A stretch of DNA of 36,844 bases from Prevotellaceae bacterium UBA2718 (GTDB taxonomy: Bacteria > Bacteroidota > Bacteroidia > Bacteroidales > Bacteroidaceae), in assembly GCA_002353975.1 (NCBI GenBank), contig DEKQ01000038.1:18260-55103 (forward strand). Reading direction: 5' to 3'. This document shows positions 26,006 to 34,807 of this stretch, piece by piece. Position 1 is the stretch's first letter, and every line of letters starts with the position of its first letter. The notes beneath the pieces were generated by a model, which was not told the origin of the DNA, did not search any database, and was given only the letters and a program-made list of their open reading frames with translations. Made by a program: the position numbers and the translations under genes.

Positions 26006-27631
26006 ATGAAAGATCTTAAAACTTTTCTGATGCTAATGCTAACATTAATGGCACAGACCCTATTTGTGGCTTGTGGCGGTGACGATAATGATGATTCTGC
26101 AGGCTTTGTTAACGAACAGATTACAATTGGTGATGACGGAAAAGCCTCTAATGGAGGCGTGTTCTCCAGCATTGATGACAAGAATTTCTATCTTGATTAC
26201 ATCAAATATACGGTTACCGAAGGTCATCTGGCAGTTTCTGGTTATGACAAATCCGGTTTTAAGGGGGATGCTAAAATTGTCTCCAGTATTACGTACAAGG
26301 GAAATTTCTACGAAGTGTTAGAAATTGGAGATAAGGCTTTCTATGACTGCAAAGCCTTGGTTTCTATTTCTATTCCATCATGCGTTACGAGTATTGGTAA
26401 GTCTGCATTCAGTGGTTGCAGTAGTCTTACTTCAATCAACATCCCCAATAGTGTGATGAGCATTGGTAACTCAGCGTTCAAGGATTGCACAAGTTTGACT
26501 TCAATCAACATTCCAGATGATGTGAAGAGTATAGATGCAGAAGTTTTCTATCGTTGTTCCAGTTTAACTTCTATTACTATCCCTGACGGCGTAACTTCGA
26601 TAAATGAATATGCTTTTGCAGGCTGTTCCAGTTTAAATTCAATCAACATCCCAGACAACATAACTTCCATCGATGATGGTGTTTTCATGAGTTGTATCAG
26701 CTTAACTTCAGTCAGCATCCCCGACGGCGTAACAACCATCGGTAATCAAGCATTCGAAGACTGTAGTAGCTTAACTTCAATCAACATACCTGACGGTGTG
26801 ACGAGTATTGGTCTTTGCGCATTCTTGAATTGTATCAGCCTACCTTCTATATCTATTCCAGCAAGTGTTACGTGGATTGAAGCTGATGCATTCTTGGGGT
26901 GCAAAGCTTTAACCTCAATGGATATTAAAGATCTTTCTGCATGGTGCAAAATTTCTTTCTCTAATGATTGGTCTAATCCATTAATGAATGTACATCACCT
27001 ATTTGTAAATGGAGAGGAGGTTAAAGATTTAATTATTCCAAACGATGTTACAAATATTCGCAATTTTGCATTTATTGGTTGCAGTTACTTAAATTCTATT
27101 ACTCTTCACAAAAATGTTACTTCTATTGGAAGCTATGCTTTTTCACACTGCGATGGTTTGACAACTATTTCTATACCTTCTAATGTGACTTCCATAGGAC
27201 AAGGAGCATTTACAGAGTGTAACGGGGTAACATCTCTTCGTATTGAGGATTCAGAACAAATGTTGAAAGTGGGCGACAACTGCTTACCTACCTCTTTGAC
27301 GACACTCTATATAGGAAGAAGTTTCAAATCCCTAAACGAATACTACAGACAGTACGAAAACAACAATTACTTACCATTCTCATATTTAAAGCAGATAACT
27401 TCCCTGACATTTGGCAAAGGATGTACTTCCATATGTGATCCTGCGTTTTATGATTGCAATGAAATAACGGCTATACACTGCTTAGGAACAACTCCCCCAA
27501 AATATGATGCTTATTGGGGATTCGAACCACCTTTTAGCAATACAGTTTACGAAACTGCTACACTGTACGTACCACGAGGTTCCGCTGAAGCGTATATTTG
27601 GTATGGTTTTAAAAATATCGTAGAAGAATAA
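26006..27631 (+). CDS. BspA-like leucine-rich repeat (LRR_5) surface lipoprotein
   Basis: Lipobox FVA-C23-GGDDN. Many 23-aa repeats of the form IPxxVTSIGxxAFxxCxSLTSIx. C-terminal ATLYVPRGS..Y..WYGFKNIVEE. Codon usage is visibly AT-rich. Confidence 0.93.
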   Translation: MKDLKTFLMLMLTLMAQTLFVACGGDDNDDSAGFVNEQITIGDDGKASNGGVFSSIDDKNFYLDYIKYTVTEGHLAVSGYDKSGFKGDAKIVSSITYKGNFYEVLEIGDKAFYDCKALVSISIPSCVTSIGKSAFSGCSSLTSINIPNSVMSIGNSAFKDCTSLTSINIPDDVKSIDAEVFYRCSSLTSITIPDGVTSINEYAFAGCSSLNSINIPDNITSIDDGVFMSCISLTSVSIPDGVTTIGNQAFEDCSSLTSINIPDGVTSIGLCAFLNCISLPSISIPASVTWIEADAFLGCKALTSMDIKDLSAWCKISFSNDWSNPLMNVHHLFVNGEEVKDLIIPNDVTNIRNFAFIGCSYLNSITLHKNVTSIGSYAFSHCDGLTTISIPSNVTSIGQGAFTECNGVTSLRIEDSEQMLKVGDNCLPTSLTTLYIGRSFKSLNEYYRQYENNNYLPFSYLKQITSLTFGKGCTSICDPAFYDCNEITAIHCLGTTPPKYDAYWGFEPPFSNTVYETATLYVPRGSAEAYIWYGFKNIVEE

Positions 27632-27671
27632 ACCATTACGAACAGGTGTATCTGATATAATAGAAGCTTAT

Positions 27672-27725
27672 GAAAAATAAGTAAACTGAGCCCACGATAA
27701 AAAGTGGGCTCAATACTTATTTTTC
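27672..27725 (+). terminator. Intrinsic terminator after the LRR gene (possibly bidirectional)
   Basis: GAAAAATAAGTAAACTGAGCCCAC-gataaaaa-GTGGGCTCAATACTTATTTTTC. Confidence 0.75.
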
Positions 27726-27826
27726 TTAAATAACTAAGGCATCCATCGTTCTTGCTATGCAAGCATCCCAAAGGACCGAACGAAGAAATTAAGCTTTCAG
27801 ATAGCTAACAACACTCGGTGCATTAA

Positions 27827-28120
27827 TACGGAGACTACAAACACACACGGGGCGTGCGCATCCTTCCCGCGCTACCCTATAGCCCTGGTTGCCCTGTATG
27901 GCTACATGATTAACGGTCGGGCGATGCGGTCAAACTCTTCTATCGGGATGGGACGGAAACTGCGGACAAGGGCGATGACTTCCACTTGCCGATTGAGGGC
28001 GAAGGTGCAGTCATCTATGCGGATGGTGTTGTCAAGCAGACGGGCGTACACCGTTCGCACTACACATGGTGGCGCACAAAACAATTCCAAATATCAAACG
28101 TCAAAATGCTACAGATATGA
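27827..28120 (+). pseudogene. Gene remnant without an evident start codon, coupled to the downstream gene
   Basis: Frame reads YGDYKHTRGVRILPALP...WLHD*RSGDAVKLFYRDG...DGVVKQTGVHRSHYTWWRTKQFQISNVKMLQI*. There is an internal TAA at 27911-27913, and the terminal TGA overlaps ATG 28117. Confidence 0.45.
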
Positions 28121-28602
28121 GACCTCTTACGCTGACCAATACCCTCGAATACTACGATGTGCCACAGATATTCACTGCCGCTGATGCTACAGGCACTCGC
28201 TATCTTTGCACACTCTTCGAGCAGACCGCTAACGGCTACCATTATCTTGGCGTGCAGATTTCAGAGCCACGCCTGATGGCCTTCATTGGAGGACAGCTCG
28301 ATTTGCGCGATGCCTATATGAATCCTGAAGTGGATAACGCCCTTTATCTTGTCGAGGCTCATAACGATACAATCACTGCCACGAATCTCCTGCAGCCTTC
28401 CGATGTAACCGAGGCAATGCTTCCTGAAGCAGGCTATTATTACGATGCTACCGACCTGAATGACGAGGCAGAACCTGCCACCGACACCTACCAATTGGAG
28501 GTACCCGCCCGTGACCGCATCACCTTCTCAACGCTTATCGCCCGCATGGGCTGGCCCGCCCTCTCACTGCGCAAGACCATTGGAAAAGTAGCAGCATTAT
28601 AA
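28117..28602 (+). CDS. DUF6575-like hypothetical protein (161 aa)
   Basis: MRPLTLTNTLEYYDVPQIFTAAD..G..YLC...G.LDLR.A...LPE.GYY pattern, recognised from memory. Start placed at 28117 because of the ATGA coupling. Confidence 0.65.
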   Translation: MRPLTLTNTLEYYDVPQIFTAADATGTRYLCTLFEQTANGYHYLGVQISEPRLMAFIGGQLDLRDAYMNPEVDNALYLVEAHNDTITATNLLQPSDVTEAMLPEAGYYYDATDLNDEAEPATDTYQLEVPARDRITFSTLIARMGWPALSLRKTIGKVAAL

Positions 28603-28843
28603 CCCGCACATATCCCATCATGCCCCCTACCTCACTGACATATCGCCCAAGTTTAGTGAAACAACCAAATTTTGCAGAAAAAAGGTTACTGCAGTAAACG
28701 ATTTTTTATGATTTTTGGTTGTTGCAGTGAACGATTTTGAGGAGGGTTGACGTATCGGCGCCTTTCTGTATGTTGTTTTTGTCCTATCATGCCAGTAATG
28801 CCCGCGATGCGTCGGAATAGCATCGCGGAGTGATAGAGTTGAT

Positions 28844-28960
28844 ATTGCGTTGTAAAAGACCTGCTATTACCGTGTAAAAGACCTACTATTACTGAGTAAA
28901 AGACCTACTATTAGGAGGTAAAAGACCTGCCTTTGCAACGCTCTGAATGCGAGTGCGTTA
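28844..28960. repeat. Dispersed 22-bp-period repeat element, copy 3
   Basis: Forward cores at 28853, 28875, 28897 and 28919. The right flank GCAACGCTCTGAATGCGAGTGCGTT matches the right flank of copy 1. Confidence 0.9.
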
Positions 28961-29165
28961 TGAAGGCGTTTTTCGGGCGTTTCGGCTTGGCTCATCTCCC
29001 TGCCGCAGGTGCACCGTGCGACAGGGTGCAGGGCAGCAATGTTCGTTTTGTGCTATCAACAGTCAAGGATGCCGGCTCACGGCCATTCGTGATGTTTGAT
29101 TTATCTAACAATGCCAATTAATAGAACCCACCTTTTGAGAAATGAAAAGAAAAGCAGGCTTTCCC

Positions 29166-29196
29166 TTTGCATTTCTCTTGTTTTTTCGTAATTTTG
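29166..29196 (+). promoter_or_regulatory. Bacteroidetes -33/-7 promoter of the efflux operon
   Basis: TTTG (29166-29169), 19-nt spacer, TAATTTTG (29189-29196). Confidence 0.8.
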
Positions 29197-29243
29197 CACG
29201 CAAAATTTTTGCTTAATAAGCGCACATTATTTCCACAGAGGAT

Positions 29244-30365
29244 ATGAAACAGAGAATGTACGTAACTCTTGTTGCGGCGGCGGCGTTGCTGCTGGCGGGC
29301 TGTGGCAAGAAGCAGCCTGCCGAAAGACAGAAGGTTGTGACAGTGAAGACGATGAAGGTGGCTCCGGCTCTCGAGACGGTGACGCGAAACTATGTGGGCA
29401 CCATAGAAGCGGAAGAGGGCGTGAATGTCAGCTTCAGCAATATCGGTACCGTTGCCCGCGTGCTGGTATATGAGGGTCAGTCGGTGTCCAAAGGTCAGGC
29501 TCTGGCCGAGCTTGACGGTCGCAATATCCGCAATGCCTATGCCATGTCGAAGGCTACGCTGGACCAGGCGGAGGATGCCTATCGCCGCATGAAGAACCTC
29601 TACGACAAGGGGACGCTGCCCGAGATACGCATGGTAGAGATGGAGTCGAACCTGCAGCGCGCCCGCTCTGCCGAGGCTATCTCTCACAAGAGCCTTGAGG
29701 ACATCGTGCTGCGTGCTCCGTGGAGCGGCTACGTCGGCGCTGTAAAGATACATGAGGGTGCCAACGTGACGCCGGGTGTGAGCGGCATACACCTGGTGAA
29801 GATAGACCGTGTGAAGGTGTGCGTGCCCATTCCTGAGCGCGAGATAGGCACGGTGAGCGTGGGACAGACCCTGACATTCACCGTCACGGCTCTGGGAGAC
29901 CGCACGTTCAGCGGTCGCGTGGTGGCTCGCGGACTTACCGCCAACCCCATCAGCCACGCCTACGACGTGCGGGCACTGGTGGAGAACAGGGACCACGCGC
30001 TGCTGCCGGGGATGATAGCCAACGTGAAGCGCAGCAGCTCAGCCAACCATCAGATAGTGATACCGCAGCAGGCTGTGAGCATCGGCGGCAACGGCATCTA
30101 CGTCTGGGTGGTGAAAGGCGGCAAGGCTGAGCGCCGACAGATTACGACCGGCGACATCACCAATGAGGGTGTCATCGTGGAGACAGGCCTCACGGCAGGC
30201 GAGACACTCATCATTGAGGGGCAGGAGAAGGTCAGCGACGGGGTGATTGTGAATGAGGGAGAGGGAGACCCCGCGATAAAGTCGCGTGGCACGAGAGAGG
30301 AAGGAGAGACCCTGCGGAGGACCGCGGGCCACGGTGGCAGGGGTGAAACGAGAAAGGAGGAATAG
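29244..30365 (+). CDS. RND efflux periplasmic adaptor (membrane fusion protein), lipoprotein
   Basis: Lipobox LAG-C. Motifs V.EGQSVSKGQALAELD, helical hairpin, LRAPWSG, LLPGM and GLTAGETLIIEG. Confidence 0.92.
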   Translation: MKQRMYVTLVAAAALLLAGCGKKQPAERQKVVTVKTMKVAPALETVTRNYVGTIEAEEGVNVSFSNIGTVARVLVYEGQSVSKGQALAELDGRNIRNAYAMSKATLDQAEDAYRRMKNLYDKGTLPEIRMVEMESNLQRARSAEAISHKSLEDIVLRAPWSGYVGAVKIHEGANVTPGVSGIHLVKIDRVKVCVPIPEREIGTVSVGQTLTFTVTALGDRTFSGRVVARGLTANPISHAYDVRALVENRDHALLPGMIANVKRSSSANHQIVIPQQAVSIGGNGIYVWVVKGGKAERRQITTGDITNEGVIVETGLTAGETLIIEGQEKVSDGVIVNEGEGDPAIKSRGTREEGETLRRTAGHGGRGETRKEE

Positions 30366-30368
30366 GAG

Positions 30369-33300
30369 ATGAGTGATGACAAGAAAGCGCGTCGCGACCT
30401 CGTAGCGGCAGCCGTGCACCATAAGAGCATCGTCATACTGCTCTGCGCAGTGATGATGATAGCGGGCGTCATTTCGCTCGTCTTCATCCCCAAGGACGAG
30501 TTCCCGCAGCTGGACCTCCCCATCGGCGTTGTCGTGGGCGTCTATCCCGGCGCCTCAGAGCTGGAGGTGGAGCAGCAGCTGACGCGTCCGTTGGAGACAT
30601 TCCTGTGGACATTCAAGGAGATAGACAAGGAGCGCACATCCACCATCAGCGAGAATGGCATGAGCATCGCCGTGGTGTTTCTGAAAAGCTCAGACAACAA
30701 TACCGAGTTCTGGAACAAGCTGAAGGAGCGTCTGCCGCTGCTGCGCATGCAGCTGCCCAGCGGCGTGCTGGGCTTAGTGGCCAACGATGACTTTGGCGAT
30801 GTGTCGGCAATGCTCGTCACCATAGAGAGCGAGCAGAAGACATTCCGCGAGATGAGCGAATACACGGACCGTCTGTGTGACCGTCTGCGCACCATCCCCT
30901 CGCTTGCCAACATCTACCGTCTGGGCAATCAGAAGGAGCAGATAGGCGTCTATCTGGACCGCAACCGCCTGCCGGCATACGGTGTCAACACGGCAATGGT
31001 ATTCTCCAAGCTGTCGGGCCAGACGGGAACGATGGTCACCGGCTCGCTGGACGACGGCAAGCTGAGCCGCAACCTGCACATCGTGCCGACGCTGAACACC
31101 GAGCAGGAGCTGGCGCAGACCATCATATACAGCGACCCCGCAGGGGGATTGGTGCGCTTAGGGGACATAGCAGACATCAAGCGAGAGTACCCCACCATGA
31201 AGCGATACATCAAGAACAACGGCAAACAGTGCATACTCCTCTCGCTCCAGATGACCAAAGGCAACAACATCGTGCAGTTTGGCAAGGACGTAAAGGAGGT
31301 CCTATCCGACTTCAAGGCCACTCTGCCGCCCGAGGTACAGATCAACACCATCTCGGACCAGAGCCAGGTGGTTGACGACTCAGTGCAGGAGTTTCTCTGG
31401 GAGATGCTCATCGCCATCATCTCGGTCATCATCGTGGTGATGCTGATGATGCCCCTGCGCGTGGCGGGAGTGGCCGTTGTCACCATCCCCATCACCATCT
31501 TTGCATCCATAGCCCTCTTCTTCGCCTTTGGCATAGAGGTCAACAGCATCACGCTGGCGGCCATGATAGTGTCGCTGGGTATGATTGTGGATGACTCAGT
31601 GGTGGTCATAGACAGCTACCTGGAGAAGCTTGACGAGGGCATAGAACGCCGTCGCGCAGCCATAGAGTCGGCCCAGAAGTTCACTGCCAGCATCATAACG
31701 GCCACGCTGACCATCTCCATCACCTTCTTCCCGATGCTGTTTACCACCGAGAGCTTCGTACACAACTTCATCCAGCCCTTCCCCTACAGCCTCACCATAG
31801 TGCTGACGGTATCGGTGCTGGTGGCGCTCTTCGTGGTGCCAATCATAGAGTATTACTTCGTGCGCAAGGGCCTGAAGGACAGCACTCCCCTCATCCTCAC
31901 CAAGATGCAGGGGCTCTATGACCGCCTGCTGTCGCTGTGCCTCAGCCACCGACGCACGACACTGGCCACCGGACTGGCAGTGGTATTGCTTAGCCTGCTG
32001 CTCTTCCCGCTGATACCCCAGAGGCTTATGCCGCGAGCCACGCGCAGCCTCTTCACCGTAGATATCTCGCTGCCATCGGGAACCGACATTACGCGCACGG
32101 CAGCAGTCACCGACTCGCTCGTAGCAATACTGAGCCGCGACGAGCGCATTACCAACATCACCACGTTCTATGGCAGCGGCTCACCGCGCATACATGCGGC
32201 CTTCTTCCCCGAGTTTGGAGGCACGCACTTCGCACAGCTCATCGTCAATACCCACAGCGACAGCGAGATGCAGGCCGTGCTCGATGAATATACGGAGCGC
32301 ATGGCACACTATTTCACCGACGCGCAGGTGCTCTTCAAGCAGATAGAATACACCGATGCCATCTATCCCATCATGGTACGCCTGAAGGGCGACAACCTGG
32401 ACTCTATGCGCGTAGCCGCCGACAGCGTGATGACACGCCTGCGCCACAACCCGCAGCTGGTGACGGTGAACAGCAACTGGGGCACTACGCAGAGCCGCCT
32501 CAACATTGCCCTGCACCCCGAAGAGGCTAACCGCATAGGCATGAGCAAGTCGCTCCTGGCACTCAACCTGGCCCTGAGATACGCCGGCGGCATCCCCGCA
32601 GCCAGCGTCTGGGAGGGTTCAACAGAGGTGCCCATAGTGCTGCGCGACGCTGACGAGGGCAAGCAGACGGTCGAGGCATTCAAGGATATACGCGTCAGCG
32701 GACTGATACCCACGCTGACTACCGTACCCCTGACACAGGTGACCAGCGTCACGCCCGACTGGAATACCGGCGCCATAACGCGAAGAAACGGTATGCGCGA
32801 GGTGAGCATCTATGCCACCATATCAAGAGATGCAAAAGTGGGAACGCTGACAAAGGAGATATACAATGACCTGAAGACGCTGCGACTGCCGCAGGGCGTC
32901 ACGATAAAGCAAGGCGGACAGGCCGAGACAGAGGCCAGATACCGTCCGCAGATATACCTCGGAGTCGTGCTCGCTGTCATCATCATCATCTTCGTACTGC
33001 TCTTCCACCTGCGCAGCATACCGCTGATGCTGCTCATGATGGGCTCGCTCATATTCTCCATACCGGGCGGACTCATCGGTCTGTGGCTGTCGGGATTTGA
33101 GCTCGGCGCCACGGCATTGCTCGGATATATCACCCTCATGGGCATCATAGTGAGATGCGGCATCATCATGGTGGACTATGCCGAGGAACTGCGCCACGAG
33201 CAGGGTCTTACGGCAGTGGAGGCAGCCGAGCTGTCGGCCCGCCACCGATTCCGCCCCATCTTCCTCACGTCGGCAGCGGCATCAATGGGTGTCATACCGA

Positions 33301-34775
33301 TGGTCATCAAGGCCACGCCGCTCTGGGGGCCTATGGGTATAGTAATATGTATAGGAGCACTCATCTCAATGTGTTTTATAATAACCATGATACCGGTAGC
33401 CTACAGTCTCATCATCAGGGAGCGCAAGAAATCCTTTTCCGGCGCAAGTACACAACTCTGCCTCATAGCCTTCATGCTCCTGCTGCCATTCACGGCATCG
33501 GCACAGCGCGTGATGACACTCAGCGAATGTCTGGACGCAGCGAGGACAAGCAATATCAAGGCCCGCAACGCGCAGAACGACCTGCTCATAGCACGTGAGC
33601 AGCAGAAGTTCGCACGCTCGAAGTACTACCCCACCGTGTCAGCCTTAGCCATGCATTTTGAGGCAACGGACTATCTCTTCAAGAAGCAACTCTTCAACGA
33701 TGAGCTGCAACAGACACTCGAAGAAATCAACAAGATGGCCAACCTGGGCTTTGACTTCTTCAATATCAGTGCCCTCAAGAGAGGCACGGCGGTAGGGCTC
33801 TCAATGTTGCAACCCCTCTACACGGGCGGCCTGCTGACAAACATCAACAAGCTGGCAGACCTGCAGGTGACGGCCCGAAAGGAGCTGATGGAGGTGACGG
33901 ACGACCAACTGGTGCAGCAGACGGAGCTGCTGTACTATCTGCTGATGAAGCTGCACGGCAAGAGCCACATCCTCTCCACCATCCTGGACGAGGTCTCCAG
34001 CATACGTAAGGATGCGCAGAACCTGGCCGACGAGGGCATAGTGAACAGCAACGACGTGCTGAGCGTGGAGCTGAAGGAGGACCAAATCTCTGCCCTGCGG
34101 CTGCGACTGGACAACGCGATACGCCTGACACGCCGTGCGCTGGCCAAGCACATCGGCATGCCCGACGAGGATATAGACATTGACACCACGCTGGTCACCG
34201 ACATCGTGAAGCCCGAAGAGCTGTGGGTGAACTCACAGAACGCCATAGAGCTGCGCAGCGAGACACACCTGCTGGACCTGAACGTGCAGAAATCACAACT
34301 GGAGACCAAGCTCGCCCGAGCCTCACAGCGCCCCATGCTCCTGCTGGGTGGCAACATCGGAGGCTCATGGATGCTCAGCAAGGGGCAGTTCCGCGGAGTG
34401 GGAATAGCCGTGCTGAGCATGCCCGTCAGCGCTTTCTGGAGCGACAGGCACCGCATAAAGTATAAGAAGATAGAGGAACAGAAGGCACTTGACTTCCGCA
34501 AGGACACACGCGAGCTGCTGGACCTGCAGGTGCGCGACGCCTACGACAACCTGGACAATGCCTACCGCCAGATACTCATAGCGGAGAAGAGCATACGCCA
34601 CGCCAACGAGAACCTGCGCACGAAGCGAGAGATGTATATCAACGGCGTGACGAACATGACCGTCCTCCTCGACGCGCAGCGCCAGCAGCAGCAGGCATAC
34701 GACCAGCACACCGACGCCCTCTGCGACTATCAGCAGGCCAAATCAACTTACCTCATCCTCACAGGACGGCGGTAA
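30369..34775 (+). CDS. AcrB/AcrD/AcrF-family RND permease fused to a C-terminal TolC-family outer-membrane factor
   Basis: RND motifs YPGAS..EVE, LGMIVDDSVVV, GIIVRCGIIMVD and RFRPIFLTS over about 1015 aa. Then MTLSECL..A..SN, YYPTVS, QPLYTGG and A.ENL...Y..G...VLLDAQ of outer-membrane efflux proteins, in one uninterrupted frame. Confidence 0.92.
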   Translation: MSDDKKARRDLVAAAVHHKSIVILLCAVMMIAGVISLVFIPKDEFPQLDLPIGVVVGVYPGASELEVEQQLTRPLETFLWTFKEIDKERTSTISENGMSIAVVFLKSSDNNTEFWNKLKERLPLLRMQLPSGVLGLVANDDFGDVSAMLVTIESEQKTFREMSEYTDRLCDRLRTIPSLANIYRLGNQKEQIGVYLDRNRLPAYGVNTAMVFSKLSGQTGTMVTGSLDDGKLSRNLHIVPTLNTEQELAQTIIYSDPAGGLVRLGDIADIKREYPTMKRYIKNNGKQCILLSLQMTKGNNIVQFGKDVKEVLSDFKATLPPEVQINTISDQSQVVDDSVQEFLWEMLIAIISVIIVVMLMMPLRVAGVAVVTIPITIFASIALFFAFGIEVNSITLAAMIVSLGMIVDDSVVVIDSYLEKLDEGIERRRAAIESAQKFTASIITATLTISITFFPMLFTTESFVHNFIQPFPYSLTIVLTVSVLVALFVVPIIEYYFVRKGLKDSTPLILTKMQGLYDRLLSLCLSHRRTTLATGLAVVLLSLLLFPLIPQRLMPRATRSLFTVDISLPSGTDITRTAAVTDSLVAILSRDERITNITTFYGSGSPRIHAAFFPEFGGTHFAQLIVNTHSDSEMQAVLDEYTERMAHYFTDAQVLFKQIEYTDAIYPIMVRLKGDNLDSMRVAADSVMTRLRHNPQLVTVNSNWGTTQSRLNIALHPEEANRIGMSKSLLALNLALRYAGGIPAASVWEGSTEVPIVLRDADEGKQTVEAFKDIRVSGLIPTLTTVPLTQVTSVTPDWNTGAITRRNGMREVSIYATISRDAKVGTLTKEIYNDLKTLRLPQGVTIKQGGQAETEARYRPQIYLGVVLAVIIIIFVLLFHLRSIPLMLLMMGSLIFSIPGGLIGLWLSGFELGATALLGYITLMGIIVRCGIIMVDYAEELRHEQGLTAVEAAELSARHRFRPIFLTSAAASMGVIPMVIKATPLWGPMGIVICIGALISMCFIITMIPVAYSLIIRERKKSFSGASTQLCLIAFMLLLPFTASAQRVMTLSECLDAARTSNIKARNAQNDLLIAREQQKFARSKYYPTVSALAMHFEATDYLFKKQLFNDELQQTLEEINKMANLGFDFFNISALKRGTAVGLSMLQPLYTGGLLTNINKLADLQVTARKELMEVTDDQLVQQTELLYYLLMKLHGKSHILSTILDEVSSIRKDAQNLADEGIVNSNDVLSVELKEDQISALRLRLDNAIRLTRRALAKHIGMPDEDIDIDTTLVTDIVKPEELWVNSQNAIELRSETHLLDLNVQKSQLETKLARASQRPMLLLGGNIGGSWMLSKGQFRGVGIAVLSMPVSAFWSDRHRIKYKKIEEQKALDFRKDTRELLDLQVRDAYDNLDNAYRQILIAEKSIRHANENLRTKREMYINGVTNMTVLLDAQRQQQQAYDQHTDALCDYQQAKSTYLILTGRR

Positions 34776-34807
34776 GCGGGGAAAATTCAAACCAACAATC
34801 ATAGGCT

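Noticed and set aside
27902-28184. ORF-track calls 27902..28090 (-), 27906..28184 (+) and the 28066 start
   Set aside because: The frame ending at TGA 28120 with ATGA coupling to 28117 explains the region better. The others lack motifs.
29118-29996. 292-aa minus-strand ORF
   Set aside because: Antisense shadow of the efflux adaptor gene.
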